64,000 bases of DNA from Eledone cirrhosa (lineage: Eukaryota), in the NCBI GenBank assembly GCA_964016885.1, contig OZ024755.1:3596001-3660000 (forward strand). The letters are read 5' to 3'. A program made the translations under genes and the position numbers. Positions within the stretch are counted from its first letter, which is position 1, and the number at the start of each line of letters is the position of its first letter. The notes under the pieces are model-generated. The model saw only the letters and a program-made list of their open reading frames with translations, did not search any database and was not told the origin of the DNA. Below are positions 61,201 to 64,000 of this stretch, in pieces.

Positions 61201-63347
61201 GGGAGAGTCATGTACTCTCAGTTGCTTAATACCAAGGAAACCAGGGATAAACACCAACCTGATGAGCCTTCAGCTTAGAACAGATTTTAACTTAACTTTA
61301 ATGCTTCGAACATTTAAAACATATCCCCTCCCTCTAATTCTATGTATCTCTTACAATGGCCCTACCTATTTATAATAGCTATGATGCAGAATGTCAGAAT
61401 GAATGACTGATTTCACAATAACTGGGTTCAAACCATTATATTAAACACAATATATTAATCTATTGGTTATTGATTACCTAATTGAACATTGTGTGGTTAT
61501 TGATAAGAAATGTATACAACTGTAACAGCAATAGCTTTAACAGAAATCCTTGCATCCATTCTGGCATGGAGAAATCAATTTAAAACAATGCATGAAAAAC
61601 ATAGTTCACACCATTTTAGAATTGGGTTTTTCACTCTAACATAGCAGATACGTAAATGTATTTGTAAGTTTTATATCGAATAATAATAATATTTGATTCA
61701 TCTGCAACCAAACAGCTTCATCACACTATGGTTTTTAGATGACCACCATCGCCAATCTTTTTTTTCTAGCAGTGACAAAACCAAATTCGAATTTTGTTTT
61801 TAATTTTCAGCAAAGTCAGCCATTAAAAATTGCTTGGTATGCAAATTAGGCTAATCAGCTGATGTATATTCTAGAGAATATTATATATTCTCAAGAGTTA
61901 TAGTGAGTGACAGAAGAGAGATATACACAATCTTGATAAAGGGCAATAACCCAGATACAATTGTTGATTGTTTCTATGCATCACTGCTAGAGCAAAAGGA
62001 AGAGGTAGGCGAAGAAGTGGGAGAAGAAGAAGAAGATTACTAATACGAGCTTGCGAATGTCAACTACAGAACAGAATAAAGCTTACCATCTTTTGTATGA
62101 GGAGACCTTTTTATAGAGAGACTATAAGCTGATGGAATTGGGTATTTTGAAAACAAAGGATAAGGGTAGATGTTATCAGAATCCTGAAATTAAAGAAAAG
62201 GAACGAAAATATGGTAAAGGTGAACTAACATTAAGAAAATACTGGGAAAGTTGGTACATTTGAAATAGGGAATATTTTGGTGGAACCAAAGTAGGGCAAT
62301 ATAAGAATGACAAAACCTAACAATGGTTTTTTTTTTTACTTTATATATTACATGAAATATATAAAGTAAAAACTATTGTTATATTTTGCCATTCTTTAAC
62401 CCATGCTAGCATTGGAAAACGGACATTAAACAGTAGTGGTGGTGGTGGCGATGGTGATGGTGATGATGATAATGAAGATGGTGGTGGTGATGACGATAGT
62501 GGAGGTGATGATGGTGGTGGTGGGTGGTGATGACGATGATGGTGATAGTTATGGTGGTGATGATGATGGTAGTTGTGGTGGTGATGATTCTTATATTACC
62601 CTACTCTCAGTTCCACAATTATATCTCCACCATTGTATTCTACCAACTCACCAAATATATTTTTAATTACATCTCACATAATGCTGTATATAAACTAGAC
62701 AACTTCCAACTAATATTTCTTATAGAAACAGATTTCATATATTTTATTGATTTATTTATTAGAAGATACTATCCAGGTATAGCCTGACTACGAAGGAGTG
62801 ATGCTAGAGCTGTGAAATCTTGCATGCATTCATTTCAACACTTCTTATTAATAACTGCATTATTTCTTTTCACAGACTATGTTAAAAAATAAACCTCATT
62901 TGGTCATTCCATGAGAGTATCTTGGTCATAGGCTGACTATGAACAAGTGATGCTAGAGCTGTGAAACATTGCATACATTAATTTCAACACTCCTTACTAA
63001 CAACTACATTATTTCTTTCTAGGGACTATGTTAAAAAATAAACCTTATTTGTGCACCCCACGGAAATCACAGCACTGGGGGCAAGGAAAATATTGTATTT
63101 TGTCAAGGAAGAACACAATAACATTAACAAGGCTTGAAATTGTGATCGTGTAATAAATAATCAAGTGCTTCTTAACAACATAAATACAGTAGTTTTTATC
63201 AATTAGTATAATTAAGAGATTGATTAAAATAAAGCACTTACCTGTAGAAGAGTGCGAGGAGGTAATTGGCGTTCAGTTGGTCCACCAACCAGGTATGACT
63301 GGACAAGAATGTAATTCCTCTCAAGCGACATCATGTCAATGATGATG
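53013..63347 (-). CDS. TBC1D32: TBC1D32 / BROMI (broad-minded), 3' portion, 9 exons; continues beyond the window end; terminal exon not located
   Basis: Phase-compatible exons spell [69 protein letters not shown] and [26 protein letters not shown], matching the human TBC1D32 C-terminus as recalled. Confidence 0.92.
53194..55052. repeat. 72-bp minisatellite, ~26 copies, built from the TBC1D32 3' splice site
   Basis: CCTGTC recurs every 72 nt from 53201 to 55001. Confidence 0.97.
55414..55542 (-). CDS. TBC1D32: TBC1D32 exon [43 protein letters not shown]
   Basis: catag| ... CAG|gtgtgt; cf. human [28 protein letters not shown]. Confidence 0.92.
55636..55856. mobile_element. TTAA-flanked MITE, same family
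   Basis: TTAA-CACTTTAGCATTTA ... TAAATGCTAAAGGG-TTAA; internal similarity to 63381-63599. Confidence 0.78.
56475..56640. repeat. 42-bp tandem repeat, 4 copies, built from a TBC1D32 5' splice site
   Basis: CTTACCACC at 56488, 56529, 56571 and 56613. Confidence 0.95.
56618..56772 (-). CDS. TBC1D32: TBC1D32 exon [51 protein letters not shown]
   Basis: atcag| ... GTG|gtaagt; cf. human DWFVSSLFMIMLGDKEKT. Confidence 0.9.
56880..57030 (+). mobile_element. RTE-type LINE 3' end fragment, second copy
   Basis: Matches 52805-52950. Confidence 0.75.
58604..58722 (-). CDS. TBC1D32: TBC1D32 exon [39 protein letters not shown]
   Basis: ttcag| ... A|gtatcc; cf. human YGKFLSLL..DLTWVLKH. Confidence 0.85.
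59135..59505. repeat. 66-bp tandem repeat, ~6 copies, built from a TBC1D32 5' splice site
   Basis: TTACCGAACTGCTAATG every 66 nt from 59150 to 59480. Confidence 0.95.
59484..59538 (-). CDS. TBC1D32: TBC1D32 exon [18 protein letters not shown]
   Basis: ttgcag| ... CG|gtaata; cf. human LSSVQQLGIKMTVR. Confidence 0.85.
59788..59865 (-). CDS. TBC1D32: TBC1D32 exon [25 protein letters not shown]
   Basis: ttcag| ... G|gtttgt; phase 1 to phase 1. Confidence 0.78.
60595..60717 (-). CDS. TBC1D32: TBC1D32 exon [40 protein letters not shown]
   Basis: ttgcag| ... G|gtcagt; phase 1 to phase 1. Confidence 0.82.
62087..62183 (-). CDS. TBC1D32: TBC1D32 exon [32 protein letters not shown]
   Basis: ttcag| ... 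G|gtaagc; cf. human SDNPYPWPMFSSYPLP. Confidence 0.9.
63242..63347 (-). CDS. TBC1D32: TBC1D32 exon [35 protein letters not shown]
   Basis: On - strand tgtag| ... CAG|gtaagt. Confidence 0.92.
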
Positions 63348-63376
63348 CTACAGATATTAGAAACAACAAGAAAGTT

Positions 63377-63603
63377 TTAACCCTTTAGCATTCAAACTGG
63401 ACATATCCGGCCAGAATTCTCTCACCACTTTCTGTTCAAACCAGCCGTAACTAGCTGCTCATACTGATATTAAGGTATTGTTCTCAAAATAAGTGACATC
63501 AAAATGTCGTAGATTTGACATTACATAGATAATTATGTAAAATAAATCTTTACTGTGAAAATACAATAGTAACTATACAATAATGTAAAGGCTAAAGGGT
63601 TAA
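63377..63603. mobile_element. TTAA-flanked MITE (piggyBac-like); partial tandem copy at 63604-63780
   Basis: TTAA-CCCTTTAGC ... GCTAAAGGG-TTAA. Confidence 0.8.
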
Positions 63604-64000
63604 ACCAGCTGAATCCAACCAGAATTCTCTCACATTTTCTGTTCAAACTAGCTGTAACTGGCTACTCATACTGATGTTAAGGTATTGTTCTAAAAACAAA
63701 TAACATCAAAATCTCATAGATTCGATATTATGTGAGATAATTATGTGAGGTAAAGCCTTTATCTCAAAAATACAGTGGAGAGGGGGAAAGTTGATTAAGA
63801 CACACATAGTACACACCATGGAATGGTTGACATTAGGAATGGCATCCAGTATAAGAAACCATGCTAGAGGGGAACATAGGAACAGGAGAATGTCATCTGA
63901 CTTAGTCTCAGAACATCTTGTCTAACTCATGGAAACATGGAAAATAGATGTAAAACGGCGATGTAGTTGATGATAATGATGATGGTGGTGATGAACTATA

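Noticed and set aside
61255-61285. CTGATGAGCC possible hammerhead
   Set aside because: No downstream GAAA; part of a SINE tail

Overview
Eukaryotic, very AT- and microsatellite-rich DNA. The SINE families and the (TA)n load look like an octopus (coleoid cephalopod) genome; this is inference. Two convergent multi-exon ciliary genes can be assembled by hand. RFX4 lies on + (19 coding exons, 7072-38080, with one apparent +1 frameshift in exon 7969-8033). The 3' part of TBC1D32/BROMI lies on - (9 exons, 63347 down to 53013; the last exon was not found and may be in the N gap). Most ORFs in the supplied track are microsatellite artefacts. Main unusual signals: (1) three TBC1D32 splice sites have been tandemly amplified, including a 26-copy 72-bp acceptor ladder in which every junction regenerates the intron's own CAG|GTGTGT donor; (2) a ~1.5-kb tandem duplication between the two genes carries X-box (RFX) sites and a forkhead site upstream of two unannotated, rapidly diverging 30- and 33-aa hydrophobic micropeptide ORFs; (3) several families of short hammerhead-ribozyme elements, likely Penelope-derived, sit in TA tracts, often as hairpins with ribozymes on both strands. 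Also present: a young CR1-like LINE RT fragment, RTE fragments, many SINEs and TTAA MITEs. All calls are by eye and recalled homology; no searches were run.
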